The position numbers and the translations under genes are program-made. Below the pieces are notes generated by a model. That model did not search any database and was not told where the DNA came from. It saw only the letters and a list, made by a program, of their open reading frames with translations. Source: Patescibacteria group bacterium (GTDB taxonomy: Bacteria; Patescibacteriota; Saccharimonadia; Saccharimonadales; UBA4665). Taken from it: a stretch of 64,000 bases of DNA. This document shows positions 51,180-60,750 of this stretch, one piece after another (position 1 is the stretch's first letter; each line of letters begins with the position of its first letter). The stretch lies in the NCBI GenBank assembly GCA_038064375.1, contig JBBTTF010000001.1, positions 125,572 to 189,571 on the forward strand, written 5' to 3'.

Positions 51180-52220
51180 ATGTCTAACCTAACTTTTGCG
51201 ATCATATTGCTACTGCTGGCGTTAGCGGGCGTTGTAATACGCAAGACCTACTTTTATTTGCCGGTCAAAGAGCTAAAACGACAAGCCGAAAAGCATCAGC
51301 CTTTGGCGTCGCAATTATACCGAGCCGTTGCCTACGGCAATAGCTTGCGTGGCTTGCTGTGGCTCTACATAGGTCTGACCAGCGCGGCCAGTCTTGTGCT
51401 ACTTGCTCGTGAGCTGCCCATCTGGGTGAGTCTACTGATTGTTGGGCCTCTGCTGTGGATTGCCTTCTCACTGATTCCCGCAACAAGGATTACTAAGATT
51501 GGTGCCAAACTGACAATGTTAGTTACGCCCCCCATTGCTTGGCTACTCAACTACCTGCACCCTATCTTAAGTCGCGGCGCTGAAGTTGTTGAGCAACGCT
51601 ATGTAGCCTCTGACCATACTGGACTATATGAGCGAGGCGATCTAATCGAATTGATTAAGCAGCAGCAACACCAAACCGACAGTCGTATTAGTGACGAGGA
51701 GCTCGACATTGCCAAGCGAGCTCTGAGCTTTGAAGATCACACAGTCGGTGACGTAATGACACCACGTAAGGGGATAAAGATTATTCTGGCTGATGACACT
51801 GTAGGGCCGATTCTGATCGATGAGGTTCACAAGAGCGGGCATGACTACGCTTTGGTGCGAGAGACTCGCAAAGGTCCTTTTGTAGGTAGTCTTGGCGTTG
51901 GCCAGTTGGACCTGCATAGTACAGGCAAGGTCAGTGGCATCATGAAGCCAACAGTTTACTACTTGCACGAGGACGATCCGCTAAACCAAGCATTGCATGC
52001 CTTTTATGTAACCAACTCATCTCTTTTTGTTGTGGTTAATGGCTTTGAGGAATACATAGGAATCTTGACCATCGAGAATGTTCTTAACCAGCTACTTGGT
52101 CATGTGCCGGGTGATGACTTTGATCAATATGCGGACATGGCGTTTGTTGCGGCGCGCCACGCAAAGTCTCAAAAATCTGATGAAACCCCTGTTAAAACAG
52201 ACGAAGAAGTGGTAGAATAG
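51180..52220 (+). CDS. CNNM/CorC-HlyC-family transporter (DUF21 membrane domain plus CBS pair)
   Basis: Four N-terminal TM helices are followed by ISDEELDIAKRALSFEDHTVGDVMTPR and a second CBS-like segment, LFVVVNGFEEYIGILTIENVL. Confidence 0.8.
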   Translation: MSNLTFAIILLLLALAGVVIRKTYFYLPVKELKRQAEKHQPLASQLYRAVAYGNSLRGLLWLYIGLTSAASLVLLARELPIWVSLLIVGPLLWIAFSLIPATRITKIGAKLTMLVTPPIAWLLNYLHPILSRGAEVVEQRYVASDHTGLYERGDLIELIKQQQHQTDSRISDEELDIAKRALSFEDHTVGDVMTPRKGIKIILADDTVGPILIDEVHKSGHDYALVRETRKGPFVGSLGVGQLDLHSTGKVSGIMKPTVYYLHEDDPLNQALHAFYVTNSSLFVVVNGFEEYIGILTIENVLNQLLGHVPGDDFDQYADMAFVAARHAKSQKSDETPVKTDEEVVE

Positions 52221-52226
52221 CACCTT

Positions 52227-53537
52227 ATGAGAATTCTGAGTAGTGATTTAAAAGACCATATTGGCGAGACGGTTCATGTTGAGGGATGGTTACACAAAAA
52301 GCGATTGCTTGGCGGCCTGACCTTTATTAACATTCGTGATCGTCGTGGTTTGGTGCAAGTTGTCATCAAGGATAAGGCCGAAGTTGAGAAGCTTCGTGGT
52401 TTGCAAATCGGTACGGTCGTTACTATCGACGGTAAGGCTATCGAGGAGCCGCGTGCTCCAGGCGGTGCTGAGCTCCATGACGCCGTGGTGACTGTTCTTG
52501 TGCCAGTATCTGAGGAGCCTTCGATCGAAATCGACAAGCCGCTAAGTCACCGACCAGACAACTTAGACACACTTTTTGAGTATCGTGCAGTGGGCCTTCG
52601 TAACTTGCAGGAGACTGCGATATTTAAGGTTCAATCAGCTATCACCAAAGCTGCCCGCGAATACTTCTACAGCCAAGAGTTCACAGAAATTCGTACCCCT
52701 AAGCTACTAGCTGCCGCCACAGAAGGCGGCGCCGAAGTCTTTAAGATCGACTACTTTGGCCGTGAAGCTACTTTGGCCCAGAGCCCGCAGTTTTATAAGC
52801 AAATCATGGTTGGTGTCTTTGAGCGAGTTTTTGAGATCGCACCCGTTTACCGCGCTGAACCAAGCGCTACAACTCGTCACATGACAGAGTACATATCAAT
52901 CGACGGCGAAATGGGCTTTATATCAATCAAAGACCTCAACGAGTTTTTGAGTGGACTACTCAATTTCGTTAGTGACTACATTTGGGAACACAACGAAGCC
53001 GATCTTAAGTCACTACGCGCTACCAAGCCAGTTTTAGCCAAGGCCATTCCAGAGATCTCCATGGAAGAGATTCACAAACTTTACACTGAAGCCAACGGTG
53101 AAAGCACAATCGGCGAGAAAGATCTTCGCCCAGATGAAGAGCGTTGGATCTGCGAATATGCCAGCAAAAATCTCGGCAGCGAAGCCGTCTTTGTAACCGA
53201 CTGGCCAGCTAGCGATATGAAGTTTTATCACAAGGCGCAGGCTGACAAGCCAGAGCTCGCCGACCGTGTTGATCTATTATTCCGCGGTGTAGAAATCGCC
53301 ACTGGTTCAATGCGCGAGAACAACTACGAAGTTGTCCTCAAGCAGCTCAAAGAAATGGCAGGCGGAAATCCGGACGACGAAGGCTTTAAGCCACTACTCA
53401 CCGCAATGCAGTCTGGTATGCCAACTCACGGCGGCTTTGGAATGGGACTAGAGCGCCTGACCCAGAAGTTTATTGGTCTAAACAACGTCAAAGAGGCGAC
53501 CCTCTTCCCGCGTGACATTAACAGGCTTGCCCCATGA
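52227..53537 (+). CDS. aspS: aspartate--tRNA ligase, short archaeal/type-2 form
   Basis: An OB-fold N-terminus is followed by the class II motifs LAQSPQFYKQ (QSPQ) and FEIAPVYRAEPSATTRHMTEY, and by motif 3, GGFGMGLERL. At 436 aa there is no bacterial GAD insertion. Confidence 0.88.
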   Translation: MRILSSDLKDHIGETVHVEGWLHKKRLLGGLTFINIRDRRGLVQVVIKDKAEVEKLRGLQIGTVVTIDGKAIEEPRAPGGAELHDAVVTVLVPVSEEPSIEIDKPLSHRPDNLDTLFEYRAVGLRNLQETAIFKVQSAITKAAREYFYSQEFTEIRTPKLLAAATEGGAEVFKIDYFGREATLAQSPQFYKQIMVGVFERVFEIAPVYRAEPSATTRHMTEYISIDGEMGFISIKDLNEFLSGLLNFVSDYIWEHNEADLKSLRATKPVLAKAIPEISMEEIHKLYTEANGESTIGEKDLRPDEERWICEYASKNLGSEAVFVTDWPASDMKFYHKAQADKPELADRVDLLFRGVEIATGSMRENNYEVVLKQLKEMAGGNPDDEGFKPLLTAMQSGMPTHGGFGMGLERLTQKFIGLNNVKEATLFPRDINRLAP

Positions 53538-53992
53538 TTAAGCATGCATGGTCAATTGTTTGTCGCGAGAGCAAAATAGACGCGCAGACTAACAACATCA
53601 GCATTCTTGATACTTACGAGAGCTTGCAGTTTGGCATGAATATTGACGATCCCACATACAAGCAGGGCGCGCCGCTCGCATTACCCTTTAAGTTCGAAGT
53701 AGTAAACTTGTTTTACCGCGACAAAATTGCTGAGTATCCCGAATCACAAGCAGTGATTATCATTACAGATCCAAAGGGCAATGAGCTTGGCGAATTTAGT
53801 GCTGAAATTCGTTTTGTCGAAGATGAAACTAGAATGAGATCAATCTTTAAGTTCGAAGATATCAGCCTAAGCATCTCCGGCACTTATACCTACAGCGTCT
53901 ACATAAGGGATAGTAAGAAACCAGAAAAGCAGAAACTGGTTGCCGAAGCCCCACTACAAATAGCCATCAACGTTAACGGCCAAGAAATCTAA
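53534..53992 (+). CDS. hypothetical protein (152 aa), translationally coupled to aspS
   Basis: An ATGA overlap links it to the aspS stop. The sequence is beta-rich with no motif recognised. Confidence 0.55.
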   Translation: MIKHAWSIVCRESKIDAQTNNISILDTYESLQFGMNIDDPTYKQGAPLALPFKFEVVNLFYRDKIAEYPESQAVIIITDPKGNELGEFSAEIRFVEDETRMRSIFKFEDISLSISGTYTYSVYIRDSKKPEKQKLVAEAPLQIAINVNGQEI

Positions 53993-54020
53993 CCAAACAT
54001 AAGTTTGTTAAACTAACGTT

Positions 54021-54923
54021 ATGACAAAAGAAAATCTCAGCACCAAGGGTGCTGAAGCCTTATTCGGCGCTGCTATGGCTTATGCACTGACAGGTATTTT
54101 TGTGCGTGAAGTGTCGCCAATGTGGACTGACAAAGCTCAAGTTGCTGTCCGTTTTGGTATTGTATTATTCTTTTTAGCTATCTATCAATTGTTGCGCAAG
54201 AATCGGGTTTGGGTGCCCAGTAAGAAGCTGGCGCCAATTTTATTTGGTGGCTTGCTATCAACTATTATGATTCTCAGCTTCACCATTGCCATCGGTAAGA
54301 CTACGATAGCCAACGTGCTTTTTGTCTTTTATGCGGCCAATATGATTACGTCATTTTTGCTTGGCACGCTTGGCCTAAAAGAACATGTATCGCGCGCTAA
54401 GTTAATCGCTCTCGGATTTGCAATCTTGGGATTAGCTGTCTACTCAGGGTCAATTGCTAGCGGCAACCAAGGCATTATTCTATCAATCATTGCAGGGGTT
54501 GCCGGCGGCACCATCAACCTAATCAATAAGCAGTTAACTGGCGTAGATCGAACGGCTGTCTTGGTGCTATGGTTTGCACTAGTAGCTGCACTGTCTTCCA
54601 GCTGGTTGCTGCTATCAGGCGATCAGATTATCCGTACTGCAAGTCTGCACTTGTCGCTTCTAACGATAGTTTTCGCGTTGGTAATTATCGTCGGTGCATT
54701 TTTGACGCTCTACGGATTTCAGCATTTTGATGTCAATATTGGCAGCGTAATTATGTCGACAGAGCTGGTGTTTGCGGCCATCATGGCTTACTTTTTGTTT
54801 AACGAAGTGCCCCAAGCACACGAACTGGCGGGCGGCGCGTTTATCTTGATAGGATCGATTGTTGGTAGTGGCATATTTGATAAGCCCAAAAGCTCACTAC
54901 AGCCAATAGCGCAGCCTGATTAG
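54021..54923 (+). CDS. EamA/DMT-superfamily transporter
   Basis: 300 aa with ten TM helices arranged as two 5-TM repeats. Confidence 0.75.
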   Translation: MTKENLSTKGAEALFGAAMAYALTGIFVREVSPMWTDKAQVAVRFGIVLFFLAIYQLLRKNRVWVPSKKLAPILFGGLLSTIMILSFTIAIGKTTIANVLFVFYAANMITSFLLGTLGLKEHVSRAKLIALGFAILGLAVYSGSIASGNQGIILSIIAGVAGGTINLINKQLTGVDRTAVLVLWFALVAALSSSWLLLSGDQIIRTASLHLSLLTIVFALVIIVGAFLTLYGFQHFDVNIGSVIMSTELVFAAIMAYFLFNEVPQAHELAGGAFILIGSIVGSGIFDKPKSSLQPIAQPD

Positions 54924-54942
54924 ACTGCGGGCAAACTTGTAG

Positions 54943-55578
54943 CTACTTGGGCTCGTTGTCTAGGCTTTTCCAGATGTACCAGCTGGCAATAGATTCGTAA
55001 GGGTGCCAACTGTTTTTAGTAGCAATTTTTGATACTTCCGTTGGGGTCGGCACTGTCGACAGTCCGTAGAGTTTTTGCACGCCATTGCGAATACCCAAAT
55101 CACCTGTTGGCAAGACATTCATTCGTCCTATGCAGAACATTAAGAACATGTGGGCTGTCCATTCGCCGATGCCTTTCACGGCCACCAACTCAGCAATAAT
55201 TGTGGTGTTATCCATATCATCAAATTTTTCAAACTCCAGCTTGCCGTCAAGAATGTGCTGAGCCAAGTCCCTAATATATAGAGCCTTGGCGTTGCTTAGG
55301 CCGGCGGTTCGTAGCTCCTCGATGGTTTTGGCGAGAATCGCTTGTGGTGCAGGGAACTCTTCTTCGAACAGATCCTGAAAACGCTTTTCGATAGTGGCTG
55401 CAGCCTTAACACTAAGCTGTTGGCTGATAATGCTGTCGATCAGTTCCCAATAGTAATTTCGATGTGGCTCGATAGTGCAGCGACCTGTTCGCTTAATGAT
55501 CGGTGCGAGAAGCGGGTCTTGCTGGCTAAGATAGACTGCGGCCTTGTCGGCTAACTCGGGCGTAATAACTGACTGCAT
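54943..55578 (-). CDS. alkA: DNA-3-methyladenine glycosylase II-type HhH-GPD base-excision enzyme
   Basis: The motifs are IISQQLSVKAA, the helix-hairpin-helix LVAVKGIGEWTAHMFLMF, and the catalytic-Asp segment LPTGDLGIRNG. The protein is 211 aa. Confidence 0.8.
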   Translation of the reverse strand: MQSVITPELADKAAVYLSQQDPLLAPIIKRTGRCTIEPHRNYYWELIDSIISQQLSVKAAATIEKRFQDLFEEEFPAPQAILAKTIEELRTAGLSNAKALYIRDLAQHILDGKLEFEKFDDMDNTTIIAELVAVKGIGEWTAHMFLMFCIGRMNVLPTGDLGIRNGVQKLYGLSTVPTPTEVSKIATKNSWHPYESIASWYIWKSLDNEPK

Positions 55579-55592
55579 GCTAGCATTGTAAT

Positions 55593-56357
55593 ATGATCAC
55601 CCAGATTCTTCTCATCAATGCGGGGCTGCTGCTTGCGTATATGTCTCTGTGGTTTGTGATTGCTCGTTCGCGCCAGCGCCTAGATACAGTCGACACAGCA
55701 TGGGGACTGGGCTACGTGTTAGTGGCATGGGCTGTCGTGATTCAGGAGCCTAATACGATCAGTTTTCTGATAGCTTGTTTGGTTAGCGTATGGGGTCTCA
55801 GACTGGCCAATCATATCTGGCGACGATCTCTAAAGCATGACGAAGATCCGCGTTACGTTGAGTTGAGCTCCAAGTGGCGAGGTAATCTCTGGCTTAGAGC
55901 CTATTTTTCTATATTTCTGCTCCAAGGCGTGCTGATTTGGGCAATTAGCTTGCCGATTGTCATGGCCAGCAATCCCGCCCTAATAGGCTGGGGTTGGCTA
56001 GTTTTGCTTGGTAGTTTGGTATGGCTCAAAGGCTTCTGTATCGAGGCTTTAGCCGACAGGCAATTGCGCCAATTCTTATCCAACAAGAATCGTCCGAAGG
56101 TTTTGCAAACAGGCTTGTGGCGTTATAGCCGTCACCCTAACTATTTCGGCGAACTTACGCAGTGGTGGGGAATCGGTATCATAGCTTGTCAGGTTAGCTA
56201 CGGTTGGGTTGGTCTGTTTGGTCCAACAATCCTGAGCATTCTCATTATTTTTGTTACAGGAATACCACCAATTGAGAAGCGTCGCCTAAAAGACCCAGAG
56301 TATAAAGAATATAAGCGTCGAACAAGTCCACTTATTCTGTGGCCGCCTAAGTCCTAA
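55593..56357 (+). CDS. DUF1295 / steroid-5-alpha-reductase-like membrane protein
   Basis: A polytopic protein with the motifs GLWRYSRHPNYFGELTQWWG and EKRRLKDPEYKEYKRRTS. Confidence 0.75.
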   Translation: MITQILLINAGLLLAYMSLWFVIARSRQRLDTVDTAWGLGYVLVAWAVVIQEPNTISFLIACLVSVWGLRLANHIWRRSLKHDEDPRYVELSSKWRGNLWLRAYFSIFLLQGVLIWAISLPIVMASNPALIGWGWLVLLGSLVWLKGFCIEALADRQLRQFLSNKNRPKVLQTGLWRYSRHPNYFGELTQWWGIGIIACQVSYGWVGLFGPTILSILIIFVTGIPPIEKRRLKDPEYKEYKRRTSPLILWPPKS

Positions 56358-56399
56358 ACAGAGAGAACGCGATAGTTACTGAGCCTGATTTTTGCTAAA

Positions 56400-58559
56400 A
56401 TGACAGCACAAGGAAAGCATATGCATAATAAAGAATCTGACGAGCCGGACAAATCAGCTGAAGAGAAGGCCCTAGAACATAAGGTCGACCAGATGCTTAG
56501 CACTAAACCTGTTGCTGCTTCTCCTCCGCCAACTCCGCCCAAACCGCCCAAACTAGTCGAGCCAGTGACGCCAACCGTAGCCCGCGAGATCCAAACGGCC
56601 CCAAAGTTACCAGACACGACACCACCAGAGCCGCACAAAGCCTATAAGCTTGAGACACCTACAGAACCGCCAATTGTCATTGCTCTAGCTGACGCAGAAG
56701 AGCCAAAGTCGATCGAAGAACCAGTACTAAAACCAGCTGAAGAATCTGAATCCTCAGAGCCCATATCGCAACCCGTGGACGCCGAAACTCCCATCCCAGA
56801 CGACCCACTAGAAGATGGTGCAACCAACAAAGCAGTTGACGAAATCGTCGCCAAAGAGGGCGACACCCTCCTAGCATTAGACGATGCCAAAGCCGCCCGC
56901 TCACAACCCAAAGAGCCAACTGGCTTCAAAGCTAAACTAGCATCAATCTTTAAGAGCAAGCGAACTTGGGCAATAGTCTTGGCACTGTTTGTAGTAGCCA
57001 TGGCCGTGCCTGTTACGCGCTATAAGCTTTGTGGCCTCGTTATTAAAAAGTCAGTCACCATAGTAGTACTAGACAGCAAGACTTCAACACCAGTAAGTGG
57101 CGCTCAGGTTAGGTTGGACGGCACACCCGTCAAGACTGATGCCTATGGCAAAGCTCGACTTAAGGCTTCAGTTGGTCCGCACAACCTAGTAGTCGATAAG
57201 CAGTACTACAAAGCCGACGCGACGTCCTACTTTGTTGGCTTTAAGACCGCGCCTGCGCCAACTAATATTAGGCTTGTTGCAACCGGCCGGCTAGTCCCAC
57301 TTCTAATAACCAACAAAGTGACAGGTTTACCAATAAGCGGTGCCGAGATAAGAGTCCTAGACACCACAGCTAAGACAAATGCCAAAGGCGAAGCCGTAGT
57401 CGCTTTGCCAACAACCAAAGATAGCTACAGCGCCAAGGTATCGCTGCACGGCTACAACACCAGCACAGTTAACATCCAGATAACTAGTAGTTTTGTAAAA
57501 GCTAACAACTTTGAACTTACGCCTTCTGGCAAAATCTATTTCTTGTCTAACCTAAACGGCAAAATCGACGTAGTCAAAACAAACCTTGATGGCACCGAAC
57601 GCAAAACCGTTCTAGCTGGCACAGGCCTAGAAGATTCAATCAGCACTAGTCTACTTGCCTCACGCGACTGGCGTTACCTTGTGCTGAAGGCGCGTCGCGA
57701 TACGCCCTCAGCCGCTCTTTATCTAATTGATACCAACACCGATAAAGTCACTCAATTTGATAACAGTGAGTCGGACTTTAACTTAGTTGGTTGGTATGGT
57801 CATTCATTTGTCTACGACTTATCCAAAAAAGGCGTGCCGTATTGGCAAGCCGGTCGACAAATTGTTAAAGCCTACGATGCTGACAATTTGCAGCTCAACC
57901 AACTTGATCAAAACCAAGCCGAAGGTGACGCAGGCAACTACGCTTACCAGACGTTCTATAACTTCTACATCCTCAACGGGGTAGTTAGCTATACCACCCA
58001 ATGGAATAATTTTGGCACTGCTGATATTAGTTCCAAAACAGACAGCATTCGAGCCATTCACCCCAATGGCCAAGCCAAAAAAGACTATCAAACATTCCCA
58101 AGCCCAACAACTGACTACGTAGACGCCAAACTTTACGAACCACAAGCTGTGTACTACGCAGTTCATACTAGCGACAACAAAACGGCTTACTACGTTTACG
58201 AAAATCAGGCTGTCAAAATCGCCAATATAGAAAGTGGCAGCTTTGACCGCGACTACCCAACCTACTTGCTTTCTCCTTCCGCCAACGCGACCTTCTGGAG
58301 CGAACCGCGCGATGGCAAAAATGCTCTATTCTTAGGTGACTCCGAGGCCAAAACCAAAAAGCAGATCGCCAGCCTCAGCGAGTACGCAACTTACGGCTGG
58401 TTTAGTGACCACTACCTATTGGTATCCAAGGGCAGTAGCGAACTCTACATCATGCCCGACAGCACACAGCCAACTAATCGCAAGCCACTCAAGATCACCG
58501 ACTACTATAAGCCAAGCCAAACCTATAACGGCTATGGCTATGGTTACGGCGGACTCTAG
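56400..58559 (+). CDS. 719-aa envelope protein: Pro-rich N-terminus, one TM helix, two carboxypeptidase-regulatory-like beta-sandwich domains, beta-propeller-like C-terminal region
   Basis: The TM helix is WAIVLALFVVAMAV. The two beta-sandwich-like segments are VTIVVLDSKTSTPVSGAQVRLDG...YGKARL and LLITNKVTGLPISGAEIRVLD...KGEAVV. The segment GKIYFLSNLNGKIDVVKTNLDGTERK is TolB/PD40-like. Confidence 0.5.
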   Translation: MTAQGKHMHNKESDEPDKSAEEKALEHKVDQMLSTKPVAASPPPTPPKPPKLVEPVTPTVAREIQTAPKLPDTTPPEPHKAYKLETPTEPPIVIALADAEEPKSIEEPVLKPAEESESSEPISQPVDAETPIPDDPLEDGATNKAVDEIVAKEGDTLLALDDAKAARSQPKEPTGFKAKLASIFKSKRTWAIVLALFVVAMAVPVTRYKLCGLVIKKSVTIVVLDSKTSTPVSGAQVRLDGTPVKTDAYGKARLKASVGPHNLVVDKQYYKADATSYFVGFKTAPAPTNIRLVATGRLVPLLITNKVTGLPISGAEIRVLDTTAKTNAKGEAVVALPTTKDSYSAKVSLHGYNTSTVNIQITSSFVKANNFELTPSGKIYFLSNLNGKIDVVKTNLDGTERKTVLAGTGLEDSISTSLLASRDWRYLVLKARRDTPSAALYLIDTNTDKVTQFDNSESDFNLVGWYGHSFVYDLSKKGVPYWQAGRQIVKAYDADNLQLNQLDQNQAEGDAGNYAYQTFYNFYILNGVVSYTTQWNNFGTADISSKTDSIRAIHPNGQAKKDYQTFPSPTTDYVDAKLYEPQAVYYAVHTSDNKTAYYVYENQAVKIANIESGSFDRDYPTYLLSPSANATFWSEPRDGKNALFLGDSEAKTKKQIASLSEYATYGWFSDHYLLVSKGSSELYIMPDSTQPTNRKPLKITDYYKPSQTYNGYGYGYGGL

Positions 58560-59410
58560 CCTTTAGCTGACTTTTTGCGCTTCTTAATGTGTACAACGGT
58601 CATCATTCCATCAGTGTGTAGATAGCCACGCAGGGCTCGGTTAGATAATTTGTACGGATTGCCGAGTTTAACTTGATGCTGTTTGCCAGCCAAGCCTTTT
58701 GACTTCAGCTGACTGACAATTAGTTCACGCTCTTGGTTGGTGTCAGGATGAATCATGTGAGTGATTTGCATATTGTGCCTGATTGGCGCTAGACCAACAT
58801 CGAGCGAAGCGGCACCAACCCAAAGCAAGTTGTCGCCCAAGACGTGTGCCTTACGATGCTGCCAATGAACACTGCGAACAGTCAGCTTCTTATCCTCTTT
58901 GTAGGTAGTTGCCCAAAACCTAACGTGATGTCGACTACCTATGCCACCACTAACCGGTATCTCAAAAGCCAAATCTTGTTTGCGCCCAAAAAGATACAGG
59001 CTACTAACTGGGGCGTTATCGTATTGCTGACCCAACAGAACGCTCAGTCCGTGCCTCAGCAAGTATTTGCCTCGATGCGGATCGGCCATGTGCCAACCGG
59101 CTTGTTCCATGACACTTATTAATTCACGGCGAGTAGCAATGATGCCAATATTCAAGGGATCTGAGGCAAAACCATCAGGGGTCACGCAATAAACTGGCAG
59201 ATGGGAGGCAGGCATAAATATTCTGTATAAACGAATAAGCGCTGGCACCAAAACGTAGGCCCCCAAGGCGTAGGTCGCTAATATCGCCAGACCAAGAGGC
59301 AGCTGAGAATCAAAATAAGGAAAAATATCAGCCACCGAAAAGTAGGCAATAACAATACCGGGCAGAAGCACGGCGAAACGCTTAAAAAATCTAAAAACAC
59401 TCTGGATCAT
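58556..59410 (-). CDS. membrane protein with LssY-like C-terminal domain
   Basis: Two N-terminal TM helices are followed by DPLNIGIIATRRELISVMEQAGWHMADP and HHVRFW, motifs I associate with the LssY_C family. Moderate certainty. Confidence 0.45.
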   Translation of the reverse strand: MIQSVFRFFKRFAVLLPGIVIAYFSVADIFPYFDSQLPLGLAILATYALGAYVLVPALIRLYRIFMPASHLPVYCVTPDGFASDPLNIGIIATRRELISVMEQAGWHMADPHRGKYLLRHGLSVLLGQQYDNAPVSSLYLFGRKQDLAFEIPVSGGIGSRHHVRFWATTYKEDKKLTVRSVHWQHRKAHVLGDNLLWVGAASLDVGLAPIRHNMQITHMIHPDTNQERELIVSQLKSKGLAGKQHQVKLGNPYKLSNRALRGYLHTDGMMTVVHIKKRKKSAKG

Positions 59411-59452
59411 TGACTAATCCATCATACACTTACATAGCATAATTGACGACTG

Positions 59453-59839
59453 ATGATGAGCGCTCGGCTTGACCAAATAGCTTATGCTACAATGCATATA
59501 ATTATGGAACCGACAGCTGCACCGGCATCTACGCCGCCAGAAACACCACAGCCAACCACTGCTACAGCAATGGATGTAGTGGCAGCGCCGCCTTCTGCTA
59601 ATGATGGCCCTGCACCCGCGGAAGCACCTGCCAACGATGCTGGCGGGGCAGAGCAAACTAAGCCAGCCGACGCCGACACAAAGCCAAGAAAACTAGAAGT
59701 TACCAAAACCTCCGACAGCAAGCCTGCCAAGCCAAAAAATAACGGCAGCAGCGTCACGCTTGCCATCGTCTCAACTGTAATAATTGTCTTGGGTCTCGCT
59801 GCTCTTGCCGTACTAGCCTATATCAACCAACCCAAGTAA
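59453..59839 (+). CDS. tail-anchored Pro/Ala-rich protein, unknown function
   Basis: The sequence is low-complexity (PTAAPASTPPETPQPTTATA...) with a single C-terminal TM helix (LAIVSTVIIVLGLAALAVLAYI). The start is uncertain; the ATG at 59504 is possible. A TAATG overlap links it to tsaC. Confidence 0.5.
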   Translation: MMSARLDQIAYATMHIIMEPTAAPASTPPETPQPTTATAMDVVAAPPSANDGPAPAEAPANDAGGAEQTKPADADTKPRKLEVTKTSDSKPAKPKNNGSSVTLAIVSTVIIVLGLAALAVLAYINQPK

Positions 59840-60402
59840 TGTCTGTTGCCACAAAACTCCAAGCCACCGGCGCAGTCGGGGTGATTCCAACTGATACCGT
59901 TTATGGTTTGGTTGCTCGGGCAGCTGACCAAGAAGCCGTTGCTCGTGTTTATGAGATCAAAAAGCGAGACAGCAAACCCGGCACAATTATCGCCGCTAAC
60001 ATGCAACAACTCGAAGACCTAGGCCTCAAGCACCGCTACCTCAAGGCCGTTGAGCAGTTTTGGCCAGCCGCGGTTAGTGTAGTGGTTCCAGCTGTCGAGC
60101 CAGAACTAAAGTATTTGCACCAAGGCAAAATGAGCCTAGCAGTTCGTATTCCGTCAGACAAAAAGTTTTGCGAACTTCTAGAACAAACAGGACCACTACT
60201 AACCAGTAGTGCCAATCACTCTGGACAGACACCTGCAAATACCATCGATGAAGCCAAGGAATATTTTGGCAAAGAGGTAGACTTCTACGAAGACGGCGGT
60301 GACCTGTCTGGCCGTGAGGCATCAACGGTTATAAGAATCATTGACGACGCAGTAGAGGTCTTACGTGAAGGCGCAGTCCACATCGACGACGATCTAATTT
60401 AG
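59839..60402 (+). CDS. tsaC: L-threonylcarbamoyladenylate synthase (YrdC/TsaC family)
   Basis: The motifs are GVIPTDTVYGLVARA, VYEIKKRDSKPG and LLTSSANHSG. The protein is 187 aa. Confidence 0.85.
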   Translation: MSVATKLQATGAVGVIPTDTVYGLVARAADQEAVARVYEIKKRDSKPGTIIAANMQQLEDLGLKHRYLKAVEQFWPAAVSVVVPAVEPELKYLHQGKMSLAVRIPSDKKFCELLEQTGPLLTSSANHSGQTPANTIDEAKEYFGKEVDFYEDGGDLSGREASTVIRIIDDAVEVLREGAVHIDDDLI

Positions 60403-60417
60403 CTATACAATATTGCT

Positions 60418-60750
60418 ATGACATTTGAGGAATACCAAAAGAAGGCCCTAACGACCGTAATCAGCAGCGACGACCTTTTTAAAGATTCGCTTCATTGGGT
60501 TCTTGGCATCAACGGAGAAGCCGGCGAAATAGCCGAAAAAGTCAAAAAAATCATTCGTGACAAAAAAGGTGTAATCAGCGAGGAAGACAAAAAGGAGCTA
60601 GCCAAAGAAATAGGTGACGTGTTGTGGTACCTAGCCGTCTTTGCTCATGACCTAGGCTTTGAACTGGACGATATTGCTAACCAGAATCTAGAAAAACTTA
60701 AGAGCCGCAAAGCCCGTGGTGTTTTGGGCGGTGCTGGCGACAACCGCTAG
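60418..60750 (+). CDS. MazG-like nucleoside triphosphate pyrophosphohydrolase
   Basis: The EExGE-type motif is GINGEAGEIAEKVKK, followed by EIGDVLWYLAVFA. The protein is 110 aa. Confidence 0.8.
   Translation: MTFEEYQKKALTTVISSDDLFKDSLHWVLGINGEAGEIAEKVKKIIRDKKGVISEEDKKELAKEIGDVLWYLAVFAHDLGFELDDIANQNLEKLKSRKARGVLGGAGDNR

Noticed and set aside
53993-54020. A small AT-rich hairpin (CAAAC-AUAA-GUUUG) after the 152-aa gene, as a possible terminator.
   Set aside because: The stem is only 5 bp and weak, with no U-tract. The next gene starts 10 nt later, so read-through into the EamA gene is more likely.
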